From Eledone cirrhosa (lineage: Eukaryota): DNA of 64,000 nucleotides. Each line of letters opens with the position of its first letter. Positions within the stretch are counted from its first letter, which is position 1. Where the stretch lies: positions 91,512,001 to 91,576,000 of the forward strand of contig OZ024743.1 in NCBI GenBank assembly GCA_964016885.1, written 5' to 3'. Of this stretch, positions 39,801 through 52,590 are shown in pieces. The notes below the pieces were generated by a model. It was not told the origin of the DNA and searched no databases. It worked only from the letters and a program-made list of their open reading frames with translations. Both the position numbers and the translations under genes were made by a program.

Positions 39801-42355
39801 CGTCGTGGCAACAAAGCCACGATCCGGTCTTTGGTGGACCACGACGGGCGCATGCTACTCGATCCCGGGCAAATGTGTGAAGCTTTTCAGCGACACTTCG
39901 CTCAACTGTTCGGGGGCAGTGGCGGGACGGATCGAGGGATGGACTTTAGTGTCTACCTCAACGGACTGCCGTGGCTTTCGGCCACTGAGGCGGAGTGTTG
40001 CGAAAAGCCGATAACAACCGCTGAAGTACGGGATGCAATGACTAGTTGCACAAGGGGTAAATCGCCTGGTTTGGATGGTCTGCCCTATGAACTTTACGTA
40101 CAAATGCCAAACTTGTTCGGAGGCCTCTTGGCGGACGTCTACTGCAACTGGCAACAGAACGAGAGAATTCCCAGCTCTGTGAGCCGAGGAGCGGTGGCGC
40201 TGCTGAGAAAGGATCCGAACAAGGGGGATAACATACAAAATTTTAGGCCCATAACTCTGCTAAACACAGAGTTCAAGATTTTGGCCAAGGTGCTAGCAAA
40301 GAGGTTGGCGCTTGTCGTTGGTGGTCTGGTGGGAGAGGCACAGACATGCGCCATTCCCGACAGATCCATCCACGACAACCTCCACCTCATGCGATACATC
40401 GTAGAGAGGGTAGCTAGGGAACCTGGCACGGGTGGGTCTTTGATCAATTTAGATCAGTCGAAAGCCTTCGATAGGGTCGACCATCGTTACCTAGCGGCAG
40501 TCCTGAGGGCGGCTGGCTTTGGGCCCGTCTTCAGAGGCTGGATCGCTGCCATGCACAGCAACATCTGCTCTGTAGTGAGAGTGAACGGTCACCTTTCGGA
40601 ACCGTTCAACATCATGCGCTCGGTCCGCCAAGGATGTCCCCTCTCGTCCCTATTGTACGTATTGACTCTCGAGCCATTACTGCACAAACTGGAGACGTTG
40701 AGGGGGGTCCCGCGCGAACTAGGATGCGGAAGATCCGTGTCAGCATATGCCGACGATGTCACCGTAGTGGTGTCGAACGCCAAACACATCGAGGCGATCG
40801 GCACTACACTAAGAGAATACGAAGCGGTGACAGGAGCAATGATCAACCAGGAAAAGTCAGTGGGCCTGCAGCTCGGCACCTGGAGAGGCAGGTCCATGCC
40901 GTCCAACAGCGTCGTCGGGCGCTGGACGGACGGACCGGTTAAATTGCTAGGGGTCTGGTTCGGTCCAGACCTCCAGACGGACAAAAACTGGGACGAGGTG
41001 ACGAGCAGGGTGGCTTCTCTCACCCAGAAATGGGCCGAGAGGAAGCTATCCCTGAAAGGTCGAGCGGAGGTGGCGAATGCGTACATCGCATCCGTCATCT
41101 ACTGCCGCCTGACCGTCGTACCTTGTCCTAAGCCCCGCCTGACTGCGCTGGAGCGTTTGCTCTTTCGCTTCTTGTGGAAAGGACGCGCTCCGATGGTCAG
41201 GCGGTCCATCTGCTGTCAACACCCGCTACGTGGAGGGCTGGGCATGCCGTGGCTGATGATGCGCAGACACGCGCTCAGGCTACGACATCTCCACCTCTTC
41301 CTCGACGGTGATTAGGTGTGGTCGCCGTTTGCTAGACACGTTTTTCCCCAGCTCGTCTCCTTGACGGAGCTGCAGTCCTGGGTCAAGCGAAGACCGAGAG
41401 GGAGCGCTTGGAGACTGGAATGTCTTCAGGCGCTCACAGCCCTCGGCCAATCGGGCAATATGATCGGTGGAAACTCCACCTTGGCGTTCTATAGGGGATT
41501 AGTGGAGGGGAAGAGCGACGACGTACTTGGAGAAACTCTAGGCGTCGACGAAAATCAACTAGCCAATCTCTTCGGAAGGACTTTCGGGCCGGGGCCTATG
41601 GACAACTTCCAGAAATCCCTGGCCTGGCAGTGCTACCGAGGAGCTTTGCCAGTTCGGGATAAACTCTACAGGCATGGAGGTGCCGTCAGCCGGGCATGTC
41701 CGAGATGCGCGCAGGGCGACGAAACCGTCCTGCACGCACTCGTCCAGTGTCCGAGCATTGCTGACTTGTGGGTTTATGTCGAACACCTGCTGTCACGTGT
41801 AGGACGGATCCGGCTATCAGCTGAGTCCATCGTGAGGATTGCCCCGCCCCCTTCCTTTAGCCGGGAAGGGCAGGCAGTTTTTATCTGTCTGGTGGCCATG
41901 GCGAAAGAGATAGTATGGCGGACACGTTTGAAAGGGCTGAAGACGAGCACTTACCTCTTCGGTGATGCCCTGATTAACTTTTTCAAATTTCATTTGAAAA
42001 GGAAAATCAGGGTAGAGAGGGAAGTGCTCTCTTCCCAGCATTTTGTTGAAAGATGGGTGAGAGAAGCAAGTATGGCCCGAATGAATGGGCCTTCTCTGAG
42101 TATGTGTCTGTAAATTAAAGGTGGAAAACTGGGAGAGGGCACTTGCCCTGGTGGTCAGGGCCACTGTGGTCTTTTAATGGGCTTTCTCCACAAATGTCCC
42201 TCGGAAGTCTCCCCCTATTGGGGAATTTTTCTTTGTTATTTTATTTCAACCTCTGTTTTTTTTACACGCAGAAATGCCCATTTGTACCGTCCTGTATTGT
42301 CCTGTACTGTCCTTAATGTCTACTTTATGTAAACCCTTGTGGTTAATAAAGAAAA

Positions 42356-42357
<2 letters not shown>
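36806..42357 (+). mobile_element. Tx1/L1-clade LINE, near full length with an internal deletion, in (TAA)n
   Basis: ORF1-like region with a CVVC..H..C knuckle and Pro/Thr-rich linker; partial APE (VAVYAP, GDWN, YLDR, TDH); RT (FRPITLLN, LDQSKAFD, RQGCPLS, YADD); C-terminal CPRC..H..C; AATAAA followed by an (ATT)n tail. Confidence 0.92.
37521..42113 (+). pseudogene. Fused ORF1-ORF2 of the Tx1 element with a nonsense codon at 41313-41315
   Basis: 1264-aa plus 265-aa frames separated by TAG; the sister copy has CAG at the same position (~42498). Confidence 0.8.
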
Positions 42358-42422
<65 letters not shown>

Positions 42423-42423
<1 letters not shown>

Positions 42424-43526
42424 TGGGCATGCCGTGGCTGATGATGCGCAGACACGCGCTCAGGCTACGACATCTCCACCTCTTCCTCGACGGTGCTCAG
42501 GTGTGGTCGCCGTTTGCTAGACACGTCTTTCCCCAGCTCGTCTCCTTGACGGAGCTGCAGTCCTGGGTCAAGCGAAGACCGAGAGGGAGCGCTTGGAGAC
42601 TGGAATGTCTTCAGGCGCTCACAGCTCTCGACCAATCGGGCAATGTGATCGGTGAAAACTCCACCTTGGCGTTCTATAGAGGATTAGTGGAGGGGAAGAG
42701 CGACGAGATACTTGGAGAAACTCTAGGCGTCGACGAAAATCAACTAGCCAATCTCTTCGGAAGGACTTTCGGGCCGGGGCCTATGGACAACTTCCAGAAA
42801 TCCTTGGCCTGGCAGTGCTACCGAGGAGCTTTGCCAGTTCGGGATAAACTCTACAGGCATGGAGGTGCCGTCAGCCGGGCATGTCCGAGATGCGCGCAGG
42901 GCGACGAAACCGTCCTGCACGCACTCGTCCAGTGTCCGAGCATTGCTGACTTGCGGGTTTATGTCGAACACCTGCTGTCGCGTGTGGGACGGATCCGGCT
43001 ATCAGCTGAGTCCATCGTGAGGATTGCCCCGCCCCCTTCCTTTAGCCGGGAAGGGCAGGCAGTTTTTATCTGTCTGGTAGCCATGGCGAAAGAGATAGTA
43101 TGGTGGACACGTTTGAAAGGGCTGAAGACGAGCACTTACCTCTTCGGTGATGCCCTGATTACCTTTTTCAAATTTCATTTGAAAAGGAAAATCAGGGTAG
43201 AGAGGGAAGTGCTCTCTTCCCAGCATTTTGTTGAAAGATGGGTGAGAGAGGCAAGAATGGCCCGAGTATGTGTCTGTAAATTAAAGGTGGAAAACTGGGA
43301 GAGGGCACTTGCCCTGGTGGTCAGGGTCACTGTGGCCTTTTAATGGGCTTTCTCCACAAATGTCCTTCCGAAGTCTCCCCCCTATTGGTGAATTTTTCAT
43401 TGTTATTTTTTATTGCATCCTCTGTTTTTGTTCTTTACACGCAGAAATGCCCATTGTACCGTCCTGTATTGTTCTGTACTGTCCTTAATGTCTACTTTAT
43501 GTAAACCCTTGTGGTTAATAAAGAAA
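42423..43526 (+). mobile_element. Second, 5'-truncated copy of the Tx1 element
   Basis: Near-identical to 41238-42355; starts directly after (ATT)n. Confidence 0.92.
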
Positions 43527-43904
43527 GTATGTGGAGTTAATCTAAAGAGAGTTAAAATTACCAAGTAATAATGATATTTATCTCATTATAGATAGAAATT
43601 CAAAACAGATATTGTTTTAAGAATAGAATTAGGGACGTATAGTATCACAGTGCATATATAACAAATTGAGATGATAGAGGTGACAGTACGTACCCTGTTA
43701 TCTCCCCTGTTCATTATTTACTTGGCGGTATCGGTAGAGGGTCGGACGCCATGCTTTGAAGCATAGAGTTACGTCCCTTTATGATCTGAGTTCAAATCCC
43801 GCCGAGGTTAACTTTACCTTTCATCCTTCCAGAGTCGATAAAATAAAGTAACAGTAATACACTGAGATAATTGCTGGCCTTGTGCCAAAAGTAGAAACAA
43901 TTAT

Positions 43905-44445
43905 TTACATGAACAGGATTGCTATGCGCAGCCGTGTTGTAAGTGGTATCATGACTGAGGGGTGTAAAATCAGTTGGCTGGAATTTGCAGATGAGATGGT
44001 GTTACTTAACTTGACAGAAGATGATATCCGACTTGCACTCAATAGGTTTGTTGCATGGCTGGAATGAAAATCAGTGCTGTGAAAACTGAGACATTGTCCT
44101 CTCATGGAAACCTGTGCAGTGCACTCTACATGCGAATGCAGTGCCATTGAAGCAGCTAGAGAAGTTCAAACATCTACAGGGCCATGATCACGAGTGATGG
44201 AAAGCAGGAGACTGAATTAAGTGCAAGAATTGCAGGAGCTGGTGCAGTAATGTACCAGCTTCAGCATTCAGTAATCAGAAGAAGGGAGGTAGGTGTAAAA
44301 GCCAAACTCGCTATCTTCAATTCGGTATTCATGCCAACCCTTGCCTATGGTCATAAATCTTGGGTAATGACCAAAAGAAGATGATTGCTAATACAAGCAG
44401 CCAAATTTCACAGAAGAGTCTTTGGAGTAACGTTATTCGATAAAG
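43905..44445 (+). mobile_element. Degenerate RTE LINE fragment
   Basis: LEFADEMVLL, EKFKHL, MPTLAYGHKSW; a related piece lies at 45430-45750. Confidence 0.75.
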
Positions 44446-44448
44446 TGT

Positions 44449-44825
44449 TGGTGGCACGACAAAAAACACCCAGTACACACTGTAGAGTGTTCATGTAGGC
44501 ATCACGACAAAAAACACCCAGTACACACTGTAAAGTGTTCATGTAGGCATCACGACAAAAAACACCCAGTACACACTGTAAAGTGTTCATGTAGGCATCA
44601 CGACAAAAAACACCCAGTACACACTGTAAAGTGGTCATGTAGGCATCACGACAAAAAACACCCAGTACACACTGTAAAGTGTTCATGTAGGCATCACGAC
44701 AAAAAACACCCAGTACACACTGTAAAGTGGTCATGTAGGCATCACGACAAAAAATACCCAGTACACACTGCAAAGTGGTCATGTAGGCATCACGACAAAA
44801 AACACCCAGTGCACACTGTAAATGT
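44449..44825. repeat. ~8 copies of the 48-bp unit inside an RTE-tail SINE
   Basis: gtaggcatcacgacaaaaaacacccagtacacactgtaaagtgttcat repeated; a variant of the 54-63 kb unit in the opposite orientation. Confidence 0.92.
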
Positions 44826-45016
44826 GGTTGGCATTAGGAAGGGCATCCAGCCGGAGAAACCAAGCCCAAATCAGTTCTGTATGTGCAAGACAGTCATTCG
44901 ACCTGGCTTGTCTCACAACGGGACAGCTCGTCTAACCCATGTTGGCATGGAAAAATAAACGTTAAACGGTGATGATGATGATCAAGGTGGTGATGATAAT
45001 TTCAAAATATACCTAC

Positions 45017-45188
45017 TTTAATGCGATAATAAGTATTAGAGCACGTGGCGTACATGCAGCAACGATGAGATGTTTCCAGTCCGGAAGTAGATATGCCACA
45101 CCAGCCAAAATTATCTCACCAATCGCAAATATTCCATGCATAGCAAAGTTCAAAACACTTTTGGTATCTTGTGTAACACACTCTAGCA
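45017..45188 (-). CDS. Probable internal exon of an SLC22/organic cation transporter-like MFS gene
   Basis: ttacAG acceptor, 172 nt, GTaggt donor. Encodes LECVTQDTKSVLNFAMHGIFAIGEIILAGVAYLLPDWKHLIVAACTPRALILIIAL, matching the E..R..F..G..LA..AY..DWR.L TM5-6 pattern of SLC22 proteins. Confidence 0.72.
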
Positions 45189-46023
45189 CTGTAATAGAGA
45201 ACATATTCCATTCCTTTACTTTTTGATATTTTATATGAAATAGGTATGTATGGGGTTGTAAGGGTCTTGTAAGGGTCTTGGGCACTTTCCACTTGGTGGA
45301 GCCCATTTCCTCTTCAGGTCTATACACAGCTGATTTCTTCAAGAGAAGGTGAAAGAGAAGAGGTGAGAAAGAGATACAGAAGAAGTAACCCTAATACCTA
45401 ACTGGTATTTTGTTTATGAACCTTGAAGAGATGCCAACCCTTACCTATGGCCACGACTCTTGAATAATGACCGAAAGAATACGATCACGAGTACAAGCGG
45501 CTGAAATAGGATTCCTCTGAATGGTTTTTGGAGTAACGTTACTCAATAGAGTGTGTAGCTCGGACATCTGAGTGTCACTACCGGTAGAGCCGCTACTTCT
45601 CTAAATTGAGGGATCACAGCTCCAATACTATGGGTATGTGGTTGGAATGTCTCAGGAAAGAATGGACAGATTTTACAGGCATAACCAATCGACAAGAGGC
45701 CCGGGGGTAGACCCAGAGCAAGATGGTTGGATAACATCTGCCTCCACAACCCTCTCAGGAATAAGTGGACGAAGAAGATGATAGAATAGATTTCTTAAAC
45801 CAAATGAGATGTCAACATGAATGGACCTGTTATTTTTATCTAAAGACATTTTTTCCAATTTCATCCAGCCCGTCCCATCAATCTATTTTATTTCTCATTC
45901 TTTCTTGTGATGAAGGACTAGCACCCGAAACGTTAAAACCCTCTTCCTGCTATATCAAGCGTTAACCTAATATATATCTTCCATATACTGTACCGATTGT
46001 GTTGTTATTTCTGTTTACCTTTT

Positions 46024-46080
<57 letters not shown>

Positions 46081-46262
46081 AATTAAAATGAAGAATTATA
46101 TATATATATGTATATTAGTTTGTCCCGGGTTCAATCGGGGGTAACCACAGTAAGTAAGTACTCAATACATAGCAGAGTATAAATATTTAATATAGAAATG
46201 GCTTCTTCGTGACTTCCTGATGATTTCTCCCGAATGAAACAGTTCTAGTCCTGTAGACCATT

Positions 46263-46364
<102 letters not shown>

Positions 46365-46508
46365 CGAAGAAAGTGTGGTAAGGAACCAGATGGACCATAA
46401 TGCACCAGAGTACTCGATACTTAGGGTAGTAGAGTGGGTAATAGGAAAAGAGTTCGGATCTAGCTGTCGAAACGGCCGGAGCTCAGCTGTCGGGGTCCTG
46501 ACTTTTTT

Positions 46509-46559
<51 letters not shown>

Positions 46560-47365
46560 CTTTGATAGGTTTCAGCCAGTATTGGCCCAGGCCATGTCTA
46601 ACTTAATACCACCATCTGGCGAACCCTTTAAAATCAGGATTTGGACAACATGGCCCACTCAAGCAGAGAGTTATGGTTTACGGAAACATACCTCTATACT
46701 CACAAATACACACGCACATACCCTTTCAAAAACATATTCCTGAAGTAGATCTTCTTTGACGAATCCTATCTGTCTACCCCCCCCCCCCCCCCTCCAAACC
46801 ACAAATTATAACTGAACTTTTGACCACTGTTATAACAATAGAGATATACACATACACACATATAGAAATAATCTTCCTATAAGAACGTTGACCTATTAAA
46901 TGACACTACTACCATCTACATAGTGTATATATAAAAAGTATTTCTCTAAACATTTAATTTTTAATTTTTCAATTTTAATTTTAATATTTAATATTTGATA
47001 ATATGAATTACATCGGAACTGGTTAAAGGGAACATGGCCAGTCTGTTATGGGACATAAAGATTCAAATGGAGCATTCACACCTAGATATTGTTATACTCA
47101 TTAATGAGGAAACAGTTGGCTGATCAAAGTTGGTTGACCATTTCATATTTGAATGGTAAAGAAAGAATGCAGGAAAGTAGAGAAGTGTCAAGATTTTGAA
47201 ATGTTGGCTAGAATCCTTTCAAACAGTTTAGAAAGAGGTGATGAGATACTGCAAGGAATGTAAAGGGGGTCAGTCAGTTTGGCTAGAGTCATATGATACA
47301 CTTTAGAAAGAGAAGGACGAGCTACAGCAAGGAATGTAATGGGCTCCGTCAGGCTGACATAATAA

Positions 47366-48337
47366 TCTATATATATAAAACTGTGGTTGTCTGTCTGTCT
47401 ATCGATTTTTGGCATACATCTCCTCTTAGAATCTCTCACGGAATTGCACCGAAATTGCTATACTTGTACATTGAGCCCTAGCGAAGACATCGGAAAAAAA
47501 AAATTTCAAATTGACCCACCCTATGTGACGAAATCGAATATAATGTATCGATTTTTGAGCGTAAGTTATCAGTTATTTCCCTTTGTTCTGTTTACATTGA
47601 GCGTCTTACGTAAAAAATTACGCTGGCTTTCTCAGCGTTTAAAATGACATTAACACAATACACGAACAGACAGTTGTCGAGCCAGCAAAATATTGACCTG
47701 CAAAATTCATCAGTTCGAACACTAAGCTCCGTTTTGCTTCATTTCCATTTAAAAACATTTTAAAACAATATTTTTACTTGAAAACAAGTCTATTTAAAGA
47801 CTACGTAAAACAAGCAAATATTTCGTCGTTAGGCGTGCAGACAGACAGTCGTGCAGAGAGGTGATATACGCGTGCAGACAGACAGTCGTGCAGAGAGGTG
47901 ATATAGGCGTGCAGACAGACAGTCGTGCAGAGAGGTGATATAGGCGTGCAGACAGACAGTCGTGCAGAGAGGTGATATAGGCGTGCAGACAGACAGTCGT
48001 GCAGAGAGGTGATATAGGCGTGCAGACAGACATAACTGATAATTTGGTTACGCTAATGTTTTTCTCTGCGTTGCAGTGTTTACATTTTCGATCTTTGTTA
48101 ATAAATAACCAGTGCAGTTTCTATCCCCAGCATCCTCTTTTGTTATAACATTCGGGTTATCGTTATGTTTTCTTAACTTCATAAGGCATATTGTTGGTTG
48201 AGGGAATATTAATCAAAAACACTACATGCAAGTCTGCACAGTAGACACTACAGTTTTTAAGCCAAAAAAGAAACTTAACATTGTAACTTTAACACAGCTA
48301 CTGAGCGACCCCGAGCAACGCCGGGCTTTACTGCTAG
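47366..48337 (+). mobile_element. Non-autonomous Helitron with an internal 37-bp tandem repeat
   Basis: 5' TCtatatatataaaact..(tgtc)n; 3' hairpin cccgagcaacgccggg followed by CTAG|t; ~5.4 x 37 bp at 47831-48031. Confidence 0.8.
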
Positions 48338-48867
48338 TAAGTATATATAATTGTTTCTACTTTTGGCACAAGGCCAGCAATTAACCAGTGTATTACTGGT
48401 ACTTTATTTTATCGACCCCGTAAGGATGAAAGACAAAGTTAACCTCGGCGGGATTTGAACTCAGAATGGCAAGGGCCGTAACTCTATGCGTCAAAGCATG
48501 GTGTCCGACCCTCTACCGATACTGCCAATATATTATATGAAGTCCAACTGTTCTTTGGTATCTCAATAACACACGGTATAGGTTAAAATATATGTACAAG
48601 TATTTAAAGCTATATTTTTCATAAGAAAGTGTTTAGAGGATTGTTGAACTTAAATTTCAAAAATCACCCACCACCCATATATATATATATATATTTTTTT
48701 TTTCTTTGGCAATGTATCAATGTATATATATGTGTATATGTATAGTAAGAATCGACCTTATAACAACTTTACGCTCAGAGCTTATGCTATTGTACCTATA
48801 TACTCGTACAAACACACATAATGTGGATACATTTGTCTAGAATTTCTTACCCTTGAATTATTGTATA

Positions 48868-49681
48868 CTAGCCGAATTACCCGCGCCTTGCTGCGTTTCA
48901 CACATTTTTTTTTGTAAGAAAATGATGATTGATTTTAAATCAGTGATATAATTTATGTAGAAAAACTCTGCATTTCAATATTACTAAATGTAAAATGTAA
49001 TGCATGAAAAATTGGAAAACATTATTTTTTGTAATATATCAAATCAAAATTACTTTATTAAATCTTATTCTTATTTTGTTTCTTGTAAATAAATTTTTTC
49101 AAAATATCAATTGAAAACTTTTGTGAATAGGCATCATATCTTGTCATTTACCTATGGTTTATTTATCTATGGTTTAAATTTCATATAAGTCGAAGGGAAA
49201 ATATTTTCCGCGGGGGTTTTCAGCGGGGGTTTTGTGCCCCCGGGAACTCTTTGATTAAAATGAAATATACTTATCCAAGTACCCTGGGCAATGTAGTTTC
49301 AGAATACATATGGTTATGGGGGTCTATCTCCAAAACCATAAGGAGGAGTTCGTGAAATCTTGTTCCATTTATTGGCCAAAACTTTCACTATAGGAGGTTT
49401 AACCAACATTGGATTGTCTTAATATTATTGAAATTTGCTGATATTTTGTGAATAGGCATCATATCTTGTCATTTACCTATGGTTTAAATTTCATATAAAT
49501 CGAACGCAAAACATTTTCAGCGGGAGTTTGTGCCCCCGGGGAACCCTTTGATTAAAATGAAATATACTTATCCAAGTATCATGGGCAATGTAGTTTCAGA
49601 ATATATATATAGTTATGGGGCTCTATCTCCAAAAACCATAGGAGTAGTTCGTGAACAAATAAACAAATAGACAGGAATGCA

Positions 49682-49690
<9 letters not shown>
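48868..49690 (-). mobile_element. Non-autonomous Helitron/Helentron-like element with an internal ~220-bp duplication
   Basis: Begins a|CTAGccgaattacccgcgccttgctgcg (reverse 3' end); ~49119-49355 resembles ~49446-49655. Confidence 0.65.
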
Positions 49691-49771
<81 letters not shown>

Positions 49772-49796
49772 TATATGTATGTATGTATGTATGTAT

Positions 49797-50065
49797 CTCA
49801 GGTCACCAGTTGGTGCTACTGGTAACATGTATCCCAGTACAACCTGTCCCATGGTCGGGTCGTTGGCGACTAAACTGGCAACCCCACCAAGACTGCTCGG
49901 TGAGGAGGGTGACTTTGGACATCCTGCAGGACTAAAAATAAAGCCTGTCAAAGGGCAAAGGAGCTCTTAAGAGTCAATGGCCATCCAAAATCACCGGGAG
50001 AGATGACCCCTTAGCCTTTGTCAAGGCAGAATTCTAGGAGAAGGAAAACTCTGATATAACACCTG
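49797..50065 (+). mobile_element. RTE-like 5' UTR fragment in (TATG)n
   Basis: Contains ctaggagaaggaaaactctga..acc, which resembles RTE 5' UTR motifs; recognised by memory only. Confidence 0.35.
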
Positions 50066-50404
50066 CAACCCTGATGGTATCCAATGATGTTGACTTGTTC
50101 TTCTTTTTGGTAAATATCATCTTGGTTAAGAGAGTGGGACTGGCTTTGTGCAGTGCCTTTGCTCACTATAAAAGCTTCACGGCACAGGCATTGCTTTATA
50201 TCTGGAGATCTCTCTGCACTTGTCATCACATGGTACCATCGGCCCAGCATTATGTGTCAATAATTGTCCCAAGTGTATTGTTTGTACCAGAGTTTTCAAG
50301 TCACTGGCTGGACTAAAAAGTCACACTTGTTCAGCGCATCGGGAGAGGTTCTCCTACATGGATATAAAGTAGTGGCCGTACTCGAAAACGAGTTGGCAGC
50401 CACC

Positions 50405-52590
50405 ATGTATGTATGTATGTTCTTCTGGTTTTATAATTTCACAAAGTTTTACCAATAGAGAGAGAGTCGGTTTCTAACATAGACACAAGACTCTCTCATT
50501 GGAATTTACACAACATCAACTAGGTAGATATGTATGTATGCATGCATGTGTAGATATGGATGTTATTGTATGTGTGGATGTGGATGTTTTGAGTTGTATG
50601 TGTGTATGTGTATATGCTTTGCATCTGTATATGTGTATATGCAGTTATTAGATGCAACATTTTTGGAATGTTTTACATATTTTTACTGTTCCATTAATGG
50701 ATTGTACTTGTAGTTTCCTAACTAGTTGTGTTCTTTCTGTTCCTGTGAAGCCTAGCTTCTCAAGATTTGTATTGAGGCAGTTACTAACATATCCCAGTGC
50801 CCCAATAATCACAGGCATAAATCTGAAGGTGTAATCAGGGTGGAGTATCTGCAGATTTCTCATCAGTTCTGCATAAATATTCTCCTTTTCACTAATCTTT
50901 GATATTATATTGGCATCTGCTGGGCAGCTAATTTCCACTACTGTGCATGTTTTCTTCTCCCTGTCCCATATCATAATATCTGGTCTGTTATGCCTGCATT
51001 TTATTGGGGTTTTTACTGGAACATTCCACCAGTACTCTTTCATATTATGTACATGGATGTCTTCCACATTGTTGTAGCTTTTAATGTGTTTATTATCGGG
51101 GCTATCTTTTTTACGAACTGCACTGTACAGTGTTTTGGCTACTACATCATGCCTCATAGGTAGATAGTACCGCGATGACAACTTTGGACAGCTGCTGATA
51201 ACATGGGTGATATCCTCGATGTTAGTTCTGCAGAGTCTGCACTTGTTATCACATCTAGGTGTTTTGCCTGCATCCCTATCTCTTTTGTGAATCAGGTATT
51301 TCGTGCTAATCTCCTGTTCCTGGATTGCAAAAGCGCATCCTTCAAAGTGGGAGCCAATATAGCGGTTGTTGGTCCAAGATAGACTACTTTCCTTATCTAT
51401 ATTACACTCACTCTGGAGCTTCCTGGCAACATATCCATGCATGATTTTTTGCTGATAGGCATGCAGTTTTTCATCCATGGATTCTCTGCTATACTGCTGA
51501 GCGACATCCCTGGGTGTGAGTTTTTGATTATCACACAGGGAATATCTCTCAAGGAGTTCCTTCCCAACTTTCATGATCTTATCTGTTTCATGCAGATAGA
51601 CTTGCTCGAGAAGCGGGCTCCTACGCTTCGAGGTTCGTAGATGTTGTCGAAGAGATATGATGCGACATTCAAATGCTGTCTGGACTGATGTTAAGCCTCT
51701 GCCGCCCTGCTTACGTTTCAAGTAGAGGCGGTCTATGTCATTGTTGATGTGGAAGTTTCCGGTGTTGTTCAGTATTTTTCGAGTTCCAACATCAACTACT
51801 CGGATTTCGTCTATCGTCCAATTGAGTATTCCAAACGTTGGTGTTAGGACAGGCACAGCAAACACATTGTGAGCCACTGTTTTGTTTTGCGCAGAGAGTT
51901 CCGATGACCAGATCTTTCTTAATCGGGTGTAGTATTCCCTGGTTACGCGTTCTTTATTACAGATACCATTATAGGATATGTACTCATCTATCCCCAGGTA
52001 TCTGTAGCAGTCCTCATCAGATATCGGTGAAACAGTTAGGCCATTGATGACAATGTTGCTAGATTGGGTTGTTGTTTTTCTCCGCTTTACAGTCATGTAT
52101 GAGCATTTATCTTGGCCAAACTCCATTCCTATATCCTTTGAGAACGTTGTAATCAGGTCAAGAATTTTCTTCATCCCATCCATGTTCTTGGCATAGAGTT
52201 TCAGATCGTCCACAAAGAAGTTATGGGTTAGGTTCGTATTTCTGACCTCCTATGAGCCAATGATGTTGTCCCTCACATTTCTTGAGCAGAAAGGACAAGG
52301 GGTTTAATGACAAGATGAACAATATCACAGAGAAACTGTCCCCCTGAAATATACCCCTGCAATATTTTATTTTATCAGTGAAAATAGAGTCCTCCCTCTC
52401 TGTCTTTAACCTTAGGATAGAAGCCCAAGAAGAAGACAGCCTCTCTATGGCTCTGACAATAATGTCTGGGACTTTAGCAAGTTGGAGGGCCTCTATCATC
52501 CAAGAGTGGGGAACAGAGTCGAAAGCTTTCCTGTAGTCCAGCCAGACTGTAGTCATATTCCTCCTAAGTTGTCGCAGGAGGAAGCATAAT
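50405..52590 (-). mobile_element. Second R4/Dong-like RLE LINE family with a (CATA)n tail
   Basis: ORFs 52221-52598 and 50648-52213: LDYRKAFDSVPH, GIFQGDS, DDLKLY, CRLC..H..C, RPDIMIWD..VEISCP; 3' UTR hairpin at 50451-50503. Confidence 0.9.
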
